64,000 nucleotides of DNA from TPA_inf: Saccharomyces (lineage: Eukaryota). Shown here in pieces: positions 11,307 to 21,786 of this stretch. Location of the stretch: contig BK006941.2 of the NCBI GenBank assembly GCA_000146045.2, forward strand, positions 32,001-96,000, given 5' to 3'. The notes under the pieces are model-generated. The model had not been told where the DNA came from. It ran no database searches and saw only the letters and a list, made by a program, of their open reading frames with translations. The translations under genes were made by a program, and so were the position numbers. Numbering within the stretch: position 1 is the first letter of the stretch; each line of letters starts with the position of its first letter.

Positions 11307-12509
11307 ATGGTTTCGTGCCAAGGAACAAGGCCATGCATAGTAAACCTTCTCACTATGCCAAGTGAGGATAAATTGGGTGAAGAGATATCAACGAGGGTGA
11401 TTAATGAGTATTCAAAACTAAAATCTGCCTGCAGACCAATAATTAGGCCTTCAGGTATCAGAGAGTGGACAATATTGGCAGGTGTTGCAGCTATTAACAG
11501 AGATGGCGGTGCGAATAAGATAGAGATACTTTCCATAGCTACTGGTGTGAAGGCTTTGCCAGATTCAGAACTACAAAGAAGTGAGGGGAAGATTCTGCAT
11601 GACTGTCATGCAGAAATACTGGCATTACGAGGTGCTAATACAGTTTTATTAAACCGTATTCAAAACTATAATCCATCAAGTGGTGATAAATTCATTCAAC
11701 ATAATGACGAGATACCTGCCAGATTCAATTTAAAGGAAAACTGGGAGTTGGCATTGTACATCTCGAGATTGCCCTGTGGTGATGCCAGCATGAGTTTCCT
11801 GAATGATAATTGCAAAAATGATGATTTCATCAAAATAGAAGATAGCGACGAATTTCAATACGTCGACCGTAGTGTGAAAACAATATTGAGGGGACGCTTG
11901 AATTTCAATAGAAGAAATGTCGTTAGGACTAAACCAGGAAGATATGATTCCAATATCACTTTATCTAAATCCTGTTCTGATAAATTATTAATGAAACAAC
12001 GGTCGTCGGTACTGAATTGTTTAAATTATGAACTCTTTGAAAAACCTGTATTTTTAAAGTACATTGTGATTCCTAATTTAGAAGATGAAACGAAACATCA
12101 TCTAGAGCAATCATTTCACACTCGTCTACCGAATCTAGATAATGAAATTAAATTCCTGAATTGCCTCAAACCATTTTATGATGATAAATTGGATGAGGAG
12201 GATGTTCCTGGTCTAATGTGTAGTGTCAAGCTCTTTATGGATGACTTTAGCACCGAAGAAGCGATTCTTAATGGCGTGAGGAATGGATTTTATACCAAAT
12301 CATCGAAACCACTGAGGAAACACTGTCAATCGCAAGTAAGCCGGTTTGCACAATGGGAACTATTCAAAAAAATAAGACCAGAGTATGAAGGAATAAGCTA
12401 TTTGGAATTTAAATCTCGTCAAAAAAAGAGAAGCCAGTTAATTATCGCAATAAAGAACATTTTATCTCCCGATGGTTGGATACCCACCAGAACGGATGAT
12501 GTGAAGTAA
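11307..12509 (+). CDS. TAD1: tRNA-specific adenosine deaminase (A37 of tRNA-Ala), ADAT1 family, 400 aa
   Basis: Deaminase zinc-ligand motifs 'DCHAE' and 'PCGDAS'. 400 aa. Confidence 0.8.
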   Translation: MVSCQGTRPCIVNLLTMPSEDKLGEEISTRVINEYSKLKSACRPIIRPSGIREWTILAGVAAINRDGGANKIEILSIATGVKALPDSELQRSEGKILHDCHAEILALRGANTVLLNRIQNYNPSSGDKFIQHNDEIPARFNLKENWELALYISRLPCGDASMSFLNDNCKNDDFIKIEDSDEFQYVDRSVKTILRGRLNFNRRNVVRTKPGRYDSNITLSKSCSDKLLMKQRSSVLNCLNYELFEKPVFLKYIVIPNLEDETKHHLEQSFHTRLPNLDNEIKFLNCLKPFYDDKLDEEDVPGLMCSVKLFMDDFSTEEAILNGVRNGFYTKSSKPLRKHCQSQVSRFAQWELFKKIRPEYEGISYLEFKSRQKKRSQLIIAIKNILSPDGWIPTRTDDVK

Positions 12510-12651
12510 TATATATATATATTGTTGAATATGCGTATATGCACACTTTTTTGTTAGTGCACCTTAAAGAAATATATACACAGTAGAAATATCTATATAT
12601 CCAGAGTTCATCTATCTTTCCCTCTCTGTGGTATTATCATCACATATTTTA

Positions 12652-13197
12652 TCATTTTTTATCATCTTCTTCGTCATCGTCAGATGGACCATCATCTATC
12701 ATTTCCCCATCCTCATTGTTATCACCTGATCCATTGGTACTATCAATCGCTAACTCGGCACCCTGCAAAAGGTCAATTAATTCATCCAGTTCATCACCAT
12801 GAACCAAATCAACTGGCTTTTGATTGTTATAGTTTCTCACCCTAGGATCCGCACCCACTTCAATTAAGTTTCTAGCAATAAAAGTTCCATGCTCAGGCTC
12901 CTCTTGACTGTATCTGACAGTAACATGTAACGGAGTGTCGCCATCAACGTCGTTTTGTGGGTCTATTTCGATTTCACCGTCTTGATCGAGAATCTTGTCG
13001 AGAACTTCCCAGGATCCATACTTACAACATAAATGTAACGCTGTATTCCCCAGTGGTTCTTTGGATTCGTTAATTAGCTTTGCAATCTTCTCAGGATCAT
13101 TATCTAAGCTATCAAATACGGTCTCCAAAAGATCCAGATTGTTTCTTCTAGCTGCATCCAGCAATTGTTCACTTAAAGAAGCACCTTCAGTATTCAT
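12652..13197 (-). CDS. Ankyrin-repeat protein of unknown function (YGL242C), 181 aa
   Basis: Ankyrin-like repeats (…GNTALHLCCKYG…, …GDTPLHVTVRY…). The track start at 13203 is a TTG. The first real ATG is at 13195-13197. Confidence 0.7.
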   Translation of the reverse strand: MNTEGASLSEQLLDAARRNNLDLLETVFDSLDNDPEKIAKLINESKEPLGNTALHLCCKYGSWEVLDKILDQDGEIEIDPQNDVDGDTPLHVTVRYSQEEPEHGTFIARNLIEVGADPRVRNYNNQKPVDLVHGDELDELIDLLQGAELAIDSTNGSGDNNEDGEMIDDGPSDDDEEDDKK

Positions 13198-13444
13198 GAT
13201 CAAAAAAAGAAACTAATTTATTTTGTGAAAAACTTCGACTTCTTTCACTTATGACTTTTTTCACTGGGATTCAGAAACTACCTCACAGGACCCCTATATA
13301 ATGAATTTATTGTCAACCTTTCTATCAACGCGTTATACCTTGGGTATACTAGGAAAAAAAAAAAAAGATACATATGGATGTATATGACCTGCATACACGA
13401 TCCGAAAATCTTGAACGTAATTGTAACACTATCAACACATTAAA

Positions 13445-16400
13445 ATGGATATTAATGAATTGATAATAGGTGCTCAATCAGCTGATAAACACACTAGAGA
13501 AGTTGCGGAAACGCAATTGTTACAGTGGTGTGATTCCGATGCATCTCAAGTGTTTAAAGCGCTGGCAAACGTTGCCTTACAGCACGAAGCTTCTCTAGAA
13601 TCGAGACAGTTTGCTTTATTGTCGTTAAGAAAATTGATCACCATGTATTGGAGTCCAGGATTTGAATCATACCGTTCTACATCGAACGTCGAAATAGATG
13701 TTAAAGATTTTATCCGAGAAGTGCTACTGAAATTATGCTTAAATGACAATGAAAATACCAAAATAAAAAATGGTGCATCTTACTGTATTGTTCAGATATC
13801 TGCGGTTGATTTTCCTGATCAATGGCCGCAGCTTTTAACAGTTATTTATGATGCTATCTCTCATCAGCATTCATTAAATGCGATGTCTTTATTGAATGAA
13901 ATTTACGATGATGTCGTATCTGAAGAAATGTTCTTTGAAGGCGGAATTGGCTTGGCGACAATGGAGATCGTTTTCAAAGTACTCAATACAGAAACTTCTA
14001 CTTTGATAGCCAAAATTGCTGCTTTGAAGCTACTTAAAGCATGTCTTCTACAAATGAGCTCCCATAATGAGTATGATGAGGCGTCACGAAAAAGTTTTGT
14101 CTCCCAATGTTTAGCTACTTCTTTACAGATATTGGGACAATTGTTGACTTTGAATTTTGGAAACGTAGATGTTATTTCTCAGTTGAAATTTAAATCCATT
14201 ATATACGAGAATTTGGTTTTTATTAAAAATGATTTCTCTAGAAAGCATTTCTCAAGTGAATTACAAAAACAGTTCAAAATAATGGCAATCCAAGATCTGG
14301 AAAACGTTACCCATATAAATGCAAATGTCGAAACTACTGAAAGTGAACCCCTTTTAGAAACAGTTCATGATTGTTCTATTTATATTGTAGAATTTTTGAC
14401 TAGTGTTTGCACTTTGCAATTTAGTGTTGAAGAGATGAACAAAATTATAACATCTTTAACCATTCTTTGTCAGCTAAGTTCTGAGACAAGAGAGATATGG
14501 ACAAGCGATTTCAATACATTTGTATCGAAGGAAACAGGCCTAGCAGCATCATATAATGTTAGAGATCAAGCCAATGAATTTTTTACTTCATTACCCAATC
14601 CTCAACTTTCCCTAATTTTCAAAGTTGTTTCCAACGATATAGAACACAGCACGTGTAATTATTCAACTTTAGAATCTTTACTATATCTCTTACAGTGTAT
14701 TTTGCTTAATGATGATGAGATAACTGGTGAAAATATCGATCAATCTTTGCAAATTTTAATAAAAACGTTAGAAAATATCTTAGTATCACAAGAAATACCA
14801 GAATTAATATTGGCGCGTGCAATTTTGACTATTCCCAGAGTACTAGACAAATTTATAGATGCATTACCTGATATCAAACCCTTGACATCTGCATTCTTGG
14901 CAAAAAGTCTTAATTTGGCGCTAAAATCTGATAAAGAGCTCATTAAATCCGCAACATTAATAGCATTTACGTACTATTGTTATTTTGCCGAACTAGATTC
15001 AGTCCTTGGACCAGAGGTCTGCTCAGAAACCCAGGAAAAAGTAATTCGAATAATCAACCAGGTTAGTAGTGATGCCGAAGAGGACACTAATGGGGCTTTA
15101 ATGGAAGTATTAAGTCAAGTCATTAGCTACAATCCGAAAGAACCTCATTCAAGAAAGGAAATTTTACAGGCTGAATTTCATCTTGTGTTCACGATCTCAT
15201 CCGAGGATCCAGCAAATGTACAGGTCGTTGTACAAAGTCAAGAATGCTTGGAGAAACTATTGGATAATATCAATATGGATAATTACAAAAATTACATTGA
15301 ATTATGTCTCCCATCATTTATTAATGTGCTAGATTCCAACAATGCAAACAATTATAGATACTCACCCCTGCTATCATTAGTCTTGGAATTCATCACAGTT
15401 TTTTTGAAGAAAAAACCCAACGATGGATTTTTACCAGATGAAATAAATCAATACCTATTTGAACCATTAGCAAAAGTATTAGCGTTCTCTACTGAAGATG
15501 AGACCCTACAGTTAGCCACGGAGGCATTCAGCTACCTGATTTTCAACACAGATACACGAGCCATGGAGCCAAGGTTAATGGATATCATGAAGGTTCTAGA
15601 AAGGCTGCTGTCTTTGGAGGTATCGGATTCAGCCGCTATGAACGTCGGTCCATTGGTAGTTGCCATATTCACAAGGTTTTCAAAGGAAATCCAACCGTTA
15701 ATAGGAAGAATTTTGGAAGCCGTTGTGGTAAGGTTAATTAAGACACAAAACATTTCTACTGAGCAAAACCTTCTTTCTGTATTATGCTTCTTAACGTGTA
15801 ATGATCCTAAACAAACGGTGGATTTTTTGTCTAGTTTCCAAATTGACAATACTGATGCTTTGACATTGGTGATGCGAAAATGGATAGAAGCCTTTGAAGT
15901 CATTAGAGGTGAAAAAAGAATCAAAGAAAATATCGTTGCTTTGAGCAACCTTTTCTTCCTGAACGACAAAAGGCTACAGAAAGTGGTTGTCAATGGTAAC
16001 TTGATACCATACGAAGGGGACCTGATCATTACAAGATCAATGGCTAAGAAAATGCCAGACAGGTATGTACAAGTTCCACTTTATACCAAGATCATTAAAT
16101 TGTTTGTTTCTGAGTTAAGCTTCCAAAGTAAACAACCGAATCCAGAACAATTGATCACAAGCGATATTAAGCAAGAAGTGGTAAATGCTAATAAAGATGA
16201 CGACAATGATGATTGGGAAGATGTAGATGATGTACTCGATTACGATAAGTTGAAAGAATATATTGATGATGATGTCGATGAAGAAGCAGACGACGATTCA
16301 GACGATATAACGGGACTCATGGACGTGAAGGAATCTGTTGTTCAGCTACTGGTAAGATTCTTTAAAGAGGTTGCAAGCAAAGATGTGAGTGGCTTCCATT

Positions 16401-16459
16401 GTATTTACGAGACTCTATCCGACAGTGAACGTAAAGTTCTTTCAGAAGCCCTTTTGTAG
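13445..16459 (+). CDS. KAP114: Karyopherin-beta / importin KAP114, 1004 aa
   Basis: ATG at 13445, 1004 aa. HEAT/ARM-type importin-beta N-terminal region and acidic C-terminal tail. Confidence 0.85.
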   Translation: MDINELIIGAQSADKHTREVAETQLLQWCDSDASQVFKALANVALQHEASLESRQFALLSLRKLITMYWSPGFESYRSTSNVEIDVKDFIREVLLKLCLNDNENTKIKNGASYCIVQISAVDFPDQWPQLLTVIYDAISHQHSLNAMSLLNEIYDDVVSEEMFFEGGIGLATMEIVFKVLNTETSTLIAKIAALKLLKACLLQMSSHNEYDEASRKSFVSQCLATSLQILGQLLTLNFGNVDVISQLKFKSIIYENLVFIKNDFSRKHFSSELQKQFKIMAIQDLENVTHINANVETTESEPLLETVHDCSIYIVEFLTSVCTLQFSVEEMNKIITSLTILCQLSSETREIWTSDFNTFVSKETGLAASYNVRDQANEFFTSLPNPQLSLIFKVVSNDIEHSTCNYSTLESLLYLLQCILLNDDEITGENIDQSLQILIKTLENILVSQEIPELILARAILTIPRVLDKFIDALPDIKPLTSAFLAKSLNLALKSDKELIKSATLIAFTYYCYFAELDSVLGPEVCSETQEKVIRIINQVSSDAEEDTNGALMEVLSQVISYNPKEPHSRKEILQAEFHLVFTISSEDPANVQVVVQSQECLEKLLDNINMDNYKNYIELCLPSFINVLDSNNANNYRYSPLLSLVLEFITVFLKKKPNDGFLPDEINQYLFEPLAKVLAFSTEDETLQLATEAFSYLIFNTDTRAMEPRLMDIMKVLERLLSLEVSDSAAMNVGPLVVAIFTRFSKEIQPLIGRILEAVVVRLIKTQNISTEQNLLSVLCFLTCNDPKQTVDFLSSFQIDNTDALTLVMRKWIEAFEVIRGEKRIKENIVALSNLFFLNDKRLQKVVVNGNLIPYEGDLIITRSMAKKMPDRYVQVPLYTKIIKLFVSELSFQSKQPNPEQLITSDIKQEVVNANKDDDNDDWEDVDDVLDYDKLKEYIDDDVDEEADDDSDDITGLMDVKESVVQLLVRFFKEVASKDVSGFHCIYETLSDSERKVLSEALL

Positions 16460-16612
16460 CTTATATACATAAGCCGTGGAGATATCAGATGTAAAGTAGT
16501 TAGAGTAGAAAAAATGCGGCAAAATAAGCGCCGTCTATATAAAAGAAAGAAAGTGTTAAATAAACTGACCACAGAAGGTGGCAAAAATAATACGAGATTT
16601 AGAAGTCAGATA

Positions 16613-17365
16613 ATGGACCCGATTGGAATAAACAAAGTCTTGGACCATTTAGCACCCTCAGAGCTTATCAAACCTGTTAAGAGTTGCCATAATAAACCTT
16701 CAGTGTTGGTGTTGGATGACAGGATTGTGGATGCGGCAACCAAAGATCTCTACGTGAATGGGTTCCAAGAAGAGATTCAGTATCAGAATCCTACACCGGA
16801 GAACTTGCAACATATGTTCCACCAAGGTATTGAAATATTGGATTCGGCAAGGATGATCAACGTGACACATTTAGCGCTTTGGAAGCCTTCTTCTTTTAAG
16901 TTGGGGAATCCTGTGGACTTTGCTCTAGATGATAACTACGATACGTTTTGGCAGAGCGATGGAGGGCAACCACACCAATTGGACATTATGTTTAGTAAGA
17001 GAATGGACATCTGTGTCATGGCAATATTCTTTTCGATGATTGCGGACGAGTCCTATGCTCCAAGCTTAGTGAAAGTTTACGCGGGGCATAGTCCTTCTGA
17101 TGCGAGGTTTTATAAGATGCTTGAAGTGAGAAATGTGAATGGCTGGGTGGCACTAAGGTTTCTAGATAATAGGGAGGACGACCAGCTGCTGAAATGTCAA
17201 TTCATCAGGCTTTTGTTTCCAGTCAACCATGAAAACGGAAAAGATACACATCTGAGAGGCATAAGGCTATATGTTCCATCTAATGAGCCACATCAAGATA
17301 CCCATGAGTGGGCACAGACCCTCCCAGAAACTAACAATGTCTTCCAGGATGCTATATTACGTTAA
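16613..17365 (+). CDS. DOC1: APC/C subunit Doc1/Apc10 (DOC domain), 250 aa
   Basis: Begins 'MDPIGINKVLDHL…' and is 250 aa to the stop. An in-frame real ATG 33 codons upstream (16514) lies only 55 nt past the KAP114 stop. Confidence 0.82.
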   Translation: MDPIGINKVLDHLAPSELIKPVKSCHNKPSVLVLDDRIVDAATKDLYVNGFQEEIQYQNPTPENLQHMFHQGIEILDSARMINVTHLALWKPSSFKLGNPVDFALDDNYDTFWQSDGGQPHQLDIMFSKRMDICVMAIFFSMIADESYAPSLVKVYAGHSPSDARFYKMLEVRNVNGWVALRFLDNREDDQLLKCQFIRLLFPVNHENGKDTHLRGIRLYVPSNEPHQDTHEWAQTLPETNNVFQDAILR

Positions 17366-17551
17366 TAATATGCCGTTTATGATATTTTCTTCCTTGCTAT
17401 TACCCTGCCTTTTGCTTTTTTTTTTTCACTTCAATTGCAGGGATTATGGAATAAAAAAAAAGTTGAAAGTAGTATAAACACAAGATCAAAAAGTGGCAAA
17501 GAGGACCCGCTCTGTTTATTGCTACTCAATTGTAGAAGAGAAAATAGTAGG

Positions 17552-20434
17552 ATGTCCGATTTGGAAACCGTAGCTAAATTTCTGGCCGAATCAGTTATTG
17601 CTTCTACCGCTAAAACTTCGGAAAGAAATTTGAGGCAGTTGGAGACGCAAGATGGATTCGGTTTAACTTTATTGCACGTTATTGCTTCCACAAACCTGCC
17701 GTTATCCACCAGATTAGCAGGTGCTTTGTTCTTCAAAAATTTCATCAAGCGCAAGTGGGTAGATGAAAATGGTAATCATTTGCTGCCGGCTAACAACGTA
17801 GAACTGATCAAAAAGGAAATCGTTCCTTTAATGATCAGTCTACCAAATAATTTGCAGGTCCAAATAGGAGAGGCAATTTCCAGTATTGCTGACTCTGATT
17901 TTCCTGATAGGTGGCCTACACTTTTGAGTGATTTAGCTTCCAGATTGAGTAATGATGATATGGTGACGAATAAAGGTGTCCTTACAGTGGCACATTCTAT
18001 TTTTAAAAGATGGAGACCTTTATTTAGATCAGATGAACTTTTTTTGGAGATTAAATTGGTTCTTGACGTGTTTACTGCTCCATTTTTGAACTTATTGAAA
18101 ACGGTCGATGAACAGATAACAGCGAATGAAAATAACAAGGCATCGCTAAATATTTTATTTGATGTATTGCTAGTATTAATTAAACTATACTACGATTTTA
18201 ATTGTCAAGATATACCAGAGTTTTTTGAGGATAACATTCAAGTGGGTATGGGTATCTTCCATAAGTATTTGTCATATTCTAATCCTTTATTGGAAGACCC
18301 TGACGAAACTGAACATGCGTCTGTCCTAATAAAAGTAAAGTCCTCTATCCAGGAGCTGGTTCAATTGTACACAACAAGATATGAAGATGTCTTTGGACCT
18401 ATGATCAATGAATTCATACAAATAACTTGGAATCTTCTGACCTCAATTTCAAACCAACCTAAATACGACATCTTAGTATCCAAGTCCTTGTCATTTTTGA
18501 CTGCAGTAACACGTATTCCAAAATACTTTGAAATATTCAACAACGAATCTGCCATGAATAATATCACAGAACAAATCATTCTGCCAAATGTTACACTACG
18601 TGAGGAAGATGTTGAACTTTTTGAAGACGATCCAATTGAATATATCCGTAGAGATCTGGAAGGTTCAGATACCGACACTAGAAGAAGGGCATGTACTGAT
18701 TTCTTGAAGGAATTGAAGGAAAAAAATGAAGTGTTAGTCACAAATATTTTTTTGGCGCATATGAAAGGGTTCGTTGACCAGTACATGAGTGATCCATCCA
18801 AAAATTGGAAATTTAAAGATCTTTATATTTATCTATTCACTGCATTGGCCATTAATGGGAATATTACCAATGCCGGTGTTTCATCCACAAACAACTTACT
18901 AAATGTTGTAGATTTTTTCACCAAGGAAATTGCCCCGGACCTTACTTCCAACAATATTCCTCATATTATTTTGAGAGTGGATGCCATAAAATATATCTAC
19001 ACTTTCAGAAATCAGTTGACCAAAGCTCAGTTGATTGAACTAATGCCCATTTTGGCCACCTTCTTACAAACAGATGAATATGTTGTCTACACGTATGCTG
19101 CCATTACTATTGAAAAAATTTTGACTATTAGAGAATCAAATACGTCTCCTGCTTTTATTTTTCATAAGGAAGATATTTCGAATAGTACAGAAATTCTTTT
19201 GAAAAATCTTATTGCATTAATCTTGAAGCATGGCAGCTCCCCTGAAAAACTAGCTGAAAACGAATTTTTAATGAGATCAATCTTTAGAGTTTTGCAGACG
19301 TCAGAAGATTCCATTCAACCTTTATTTCCTCAGTTGTTGGCACAATTTATTGAAATTGTAACGATAATGGCAAAGAACCCATCAAATCCAAGATTTACTC
19401 ATTACACTTTTGAATCTATTGGTGCCATCTTGAATTACACTCAAAGACAAAACTTACCACTACTTGTAGATTCTATGATGCCAACATTTTTAACGGTTTT
19501 CTCCGAGGATATTCAAGAATTCATTCCATATGTGTTCCAAATCATCGCATTTGTTGTTGAGCAGTCTGCAACAATTCCAGAAAGTATCAAGCCGTTGGCA
19601 CAACCTTTATTAGCACCAAATGTATGGGAATTGAAAGGTAATATTCCTGCCGTGACAAGGCTACTAAAGAGTTTTATAAAGACAGATTCATCGATCTTCC
19701 CCGATCTAGTCCCTGTTTTAGGTATTTTTCAAAGATTGATCGCATCAAAGGCTTATGAAGTTCATGGGTTTGACTTATTAGAGCACATCATGCTTCTAAT
19801 CGACATGAACCGCTTGAGACCATATATTAAACAAATCGCAGTTTTATTATTACAAAGATTACAGAACTCTAAAACAGAAAGGTATGTTAAAAAATTAACG
19901 GTATTTTTTGGTTTGATATCTAATAAATTAGGCTCTGATTTTTTGATCCACTTTATTGACGAAGTGCAAGATGGGCTTTTTCAACAAATATGGGGTAATT
20001 TTATTATTACCACATTACCTACTATTGGTAACCTGCTAGATCGTAAAATTGCATTAATTGGTGTTTTGAACATGGTTATAAACGGCCAATTTTTCCAAAG
20101 CAAATATCCAACTTTGATTTCAAGCACAATGAATTCCATTATAGAGACAGCATCATCACAAAGTATTGCAAACTTGAAAAACGATTATGTTGATTTAGAT
20201 AACTTGGAGGAAATCTCCACGTTTGGTTCTCATTTCAGTAAGTTGGTTAGTATTAGCGAAAAACCATTCGATCCTTTGCCTGAAATCGATGTCAATAATG
20301 GTGTGAGATTATATGTTGCTGAAGCACTAAACAAATATAATGCTATCTCTGGGAATACATTTTTAAATACCATTTTGCCTCAATTGACCCAAGAAAATCA
20401 AGTAAAATTAAATCAATTATTAGTTGGTAATTAA
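17552..20434 (+). CDS. CSE1: Exportin for importin-alpha (CAS homolog) CSE1, 960 aa
   Basis: Begins 'MSDLETVAKFLAESVIAS…' and is 960 aa. The track's upstream extension begins with TTG (17435), not ATG. Confidence 0.9.
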   Translation: MSDLETVAKFLAESVIASTAKTSERNLRQLETQDGFGLTLLHVIASTNLPLSTRLAGALFFKNFIKRKWVDENGNHLLPANNVELIKKEIVPLMISLPNNLQVQIGEAISSIADSDFPDRWPTLLSDLASRLSNDDMVTNKGVLTVAHSIFKRWRPLFRSDELFLEIKLVLDVFTAPFLNLLKTVDEQITANENNKASLNILFDVLLVLIKLYYDFNCQDIPEFFEDNIQVGMGIFHKYLSYSNPLLEDPDETEHASVLIKVKSSIQELVQLYTTRYEDVFGPMINEFIQITWNLLTSISNQPKYDILVSKSLSFLTAVTRIPKYFEIFNNESAMNNITEQIILPNVTLREEDVELFEDDPIEYIRRDLEGSDTDTRRRACTDFLKELKEKNEVLVTNIFLAHMKGFVDQYMSDPSKNWKFKDLYIYLFTALAINGNITNAGVSSTNNLLNVVDFFTKEIAPDLTSNNIPHIILRVDAIKYIYTFRNQLTKAQLIELMPILATFLQTDEYVVYTYAAITIEKILTIRESNTSPAFIFHKEDISNSTEILLKNLIALILKHGSSPEKLAENEFLMRSIFRVLQTSEDSIQPLFPQLLAQFIEIVTIMAKNPSNPRFTHYTFESIGAILNYTQRQNLPLLVDSMMPTFLTVFSEDIQEFIPYVFQIIAFVVEQSATIPESIKPLAQPLLAPNVWELKGNIPAVTRLLKSFIKTDSSIFPDLVPVLGIFQRLIASKAYEVHGFDLLEHIMLLIDMNRLRPYIKQIAVLLLQRLQNSKTERYVKKLTVFFGLISNKLGSDFLIHFIDEVQDGLFQQIWGNFIITTLPTIGNLLDRKIALIGVLNMVINGQFFQSKYPTLISSTMNSIIETASSQSIANLKNDYVDLDNLEEISTFGSHFSKLVSISEKPFDPLPEIDVNNGVRLYVAEALNKYNAISGNTFLNTILPQLTQENQVKLNQLLVGN

Positions 20435-20730
20435 CATGGTGTAGAGAATTATATATAGATGAAAATGGAGCTCTTTTGAATAGCTGTTTATATGTAGATA
20501 GAGTAAGCAAAAATGAAAAAAGAAAAGCACGTAAATACGATCGCAATATGGTTTCTTTTCCAGCGGAGTACATAGGTCTGTTAGAAATGAAACGAAACGA
20601 AACGAAACGAGATTGGTAAAAGTACATATACATATTGATTCAGATTAAATAGGCCATATGGATACCATGTGGTATAAGAGGGCACTTTTAGTTCTTTTAG
20701 GAATGATATTAACATTGGAATATTACAAAA

Positions 20731-21528
20731 TTATGTTTTTTTGTCTGCTGCAGCTGCGGTGGAAGTAGCATGCGGCTGTTCTTGTATTATTTTAGTAGTG
20801 ATTTTTTTATCCTCATGACTATCGTCAGGATCATCGCTAGCCCCACTTTTCTTCGATTTCATGGCTTTGATCTCAGCGGCTGTCAAGAACCTCCCACCTT
20901 CACCACGAGGTCTTCGCATCGCATGTTTATGTCGAGATTCGTGTAAGTATGGCTTTCGTTCTCTTGATATTCGTAGCTTTTCCTCTAGTTTAGCTCTTGC
21001 ATATCGCCTTTTCAAAATTCGGTAGTACTGCTTGGCATTAACATAAAATGGTTGCTCTGCTATAGCGGTTCCTAAAACATCGCTTTGCAAGTTTGGTTGA
21101 TTTTGGGTGTACTGGGCTTGAACCACCAATTGCTGCTGCTGCTGCTGCTGCTGTTGTTGCTGTTGTTGTTGATGAGGAGGAGGCGGTAAAGTAGTCACTG
21201 CAGAGAAACTAGTAAAGTCGGCAGATGGTTCCATCGTACTGACACTGGAAGATGTATACTGTGACTGTTGTTGTGGTTCCAAGGAGTCCATAACTCTATT
21301 CTGTGATGCCCGCAATCTGTTAAACAAAAACAAATCTTCTTCATTTGTAACCCGTTGATCTTCGCCTCTTGGAGAAGGCGCTTTTCCCATATCCAAGGGC
21401 ATCTCTATGGGCTTCTCTTGAAGAGAGGGACTGCGTGAAGCTGCTGCCGTTGATGTTGCAGCCGCTGTATCAGATTGCAGATCTGTTTCTAATGGATGAA
21501 ATTTCGCATCCGTTTCGTCTGCTGACAT
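20731..21528 (-). CDS. HAP2: CCAAT-binding complex subunit HAP2 (NF-YA homolog), 265 aa, with a 17-Gln tract
   Basis: NF-YA core '…[22 protein letters not shown]…[24 protein letters not shown]'. The polyQ is encoded by the (CTG/TTG) run at about 21130-21172 on the plus strand. Confidence 0.9.
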
Positions 21529-21786
21529 GGCGTTCTTGTTCCTCTTCCAAAAAGAAATGCTTTTCCAAATACAGATGCGATTAGTAAATCAAATTATAAA
21601 CGACAGTGAGTTGCCCTTTTGCAAGTACCTTCAACACAAACACTTTATTTATTCATCGAGGTCCCCTTGTAAGGGAGAATTAATGTTACGATACAAGAAG
21701 TTTTCCGGGTAAGATTGCTAAATAACGAATTTGATGGTTACATACAATGAATTATTTACATATACAAGCTAACGATTAAAGGATAT

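Noticed and set aside
17435-17551. Track-predicted N-terminal extensions of CSE1 (17435), BOL2 (50164), VAM7 (59423), YGL242C (13203) and TAN1 exon 2 (30280)
   Set aside because: I checked the nucleotides. These 'starts' are TTG/GTG codons, not ATG. The first real ATG coincides with the known protein N-terminus in each case.
17431-17754. 107-aa minus-strand ORF overlapping the CSE1 start (corresponds to a 'dubious' ORF position)
   Set aside because: It lies antisense over the conserved CSE1 5' end and is low-complexity. It is most likely non-coding.
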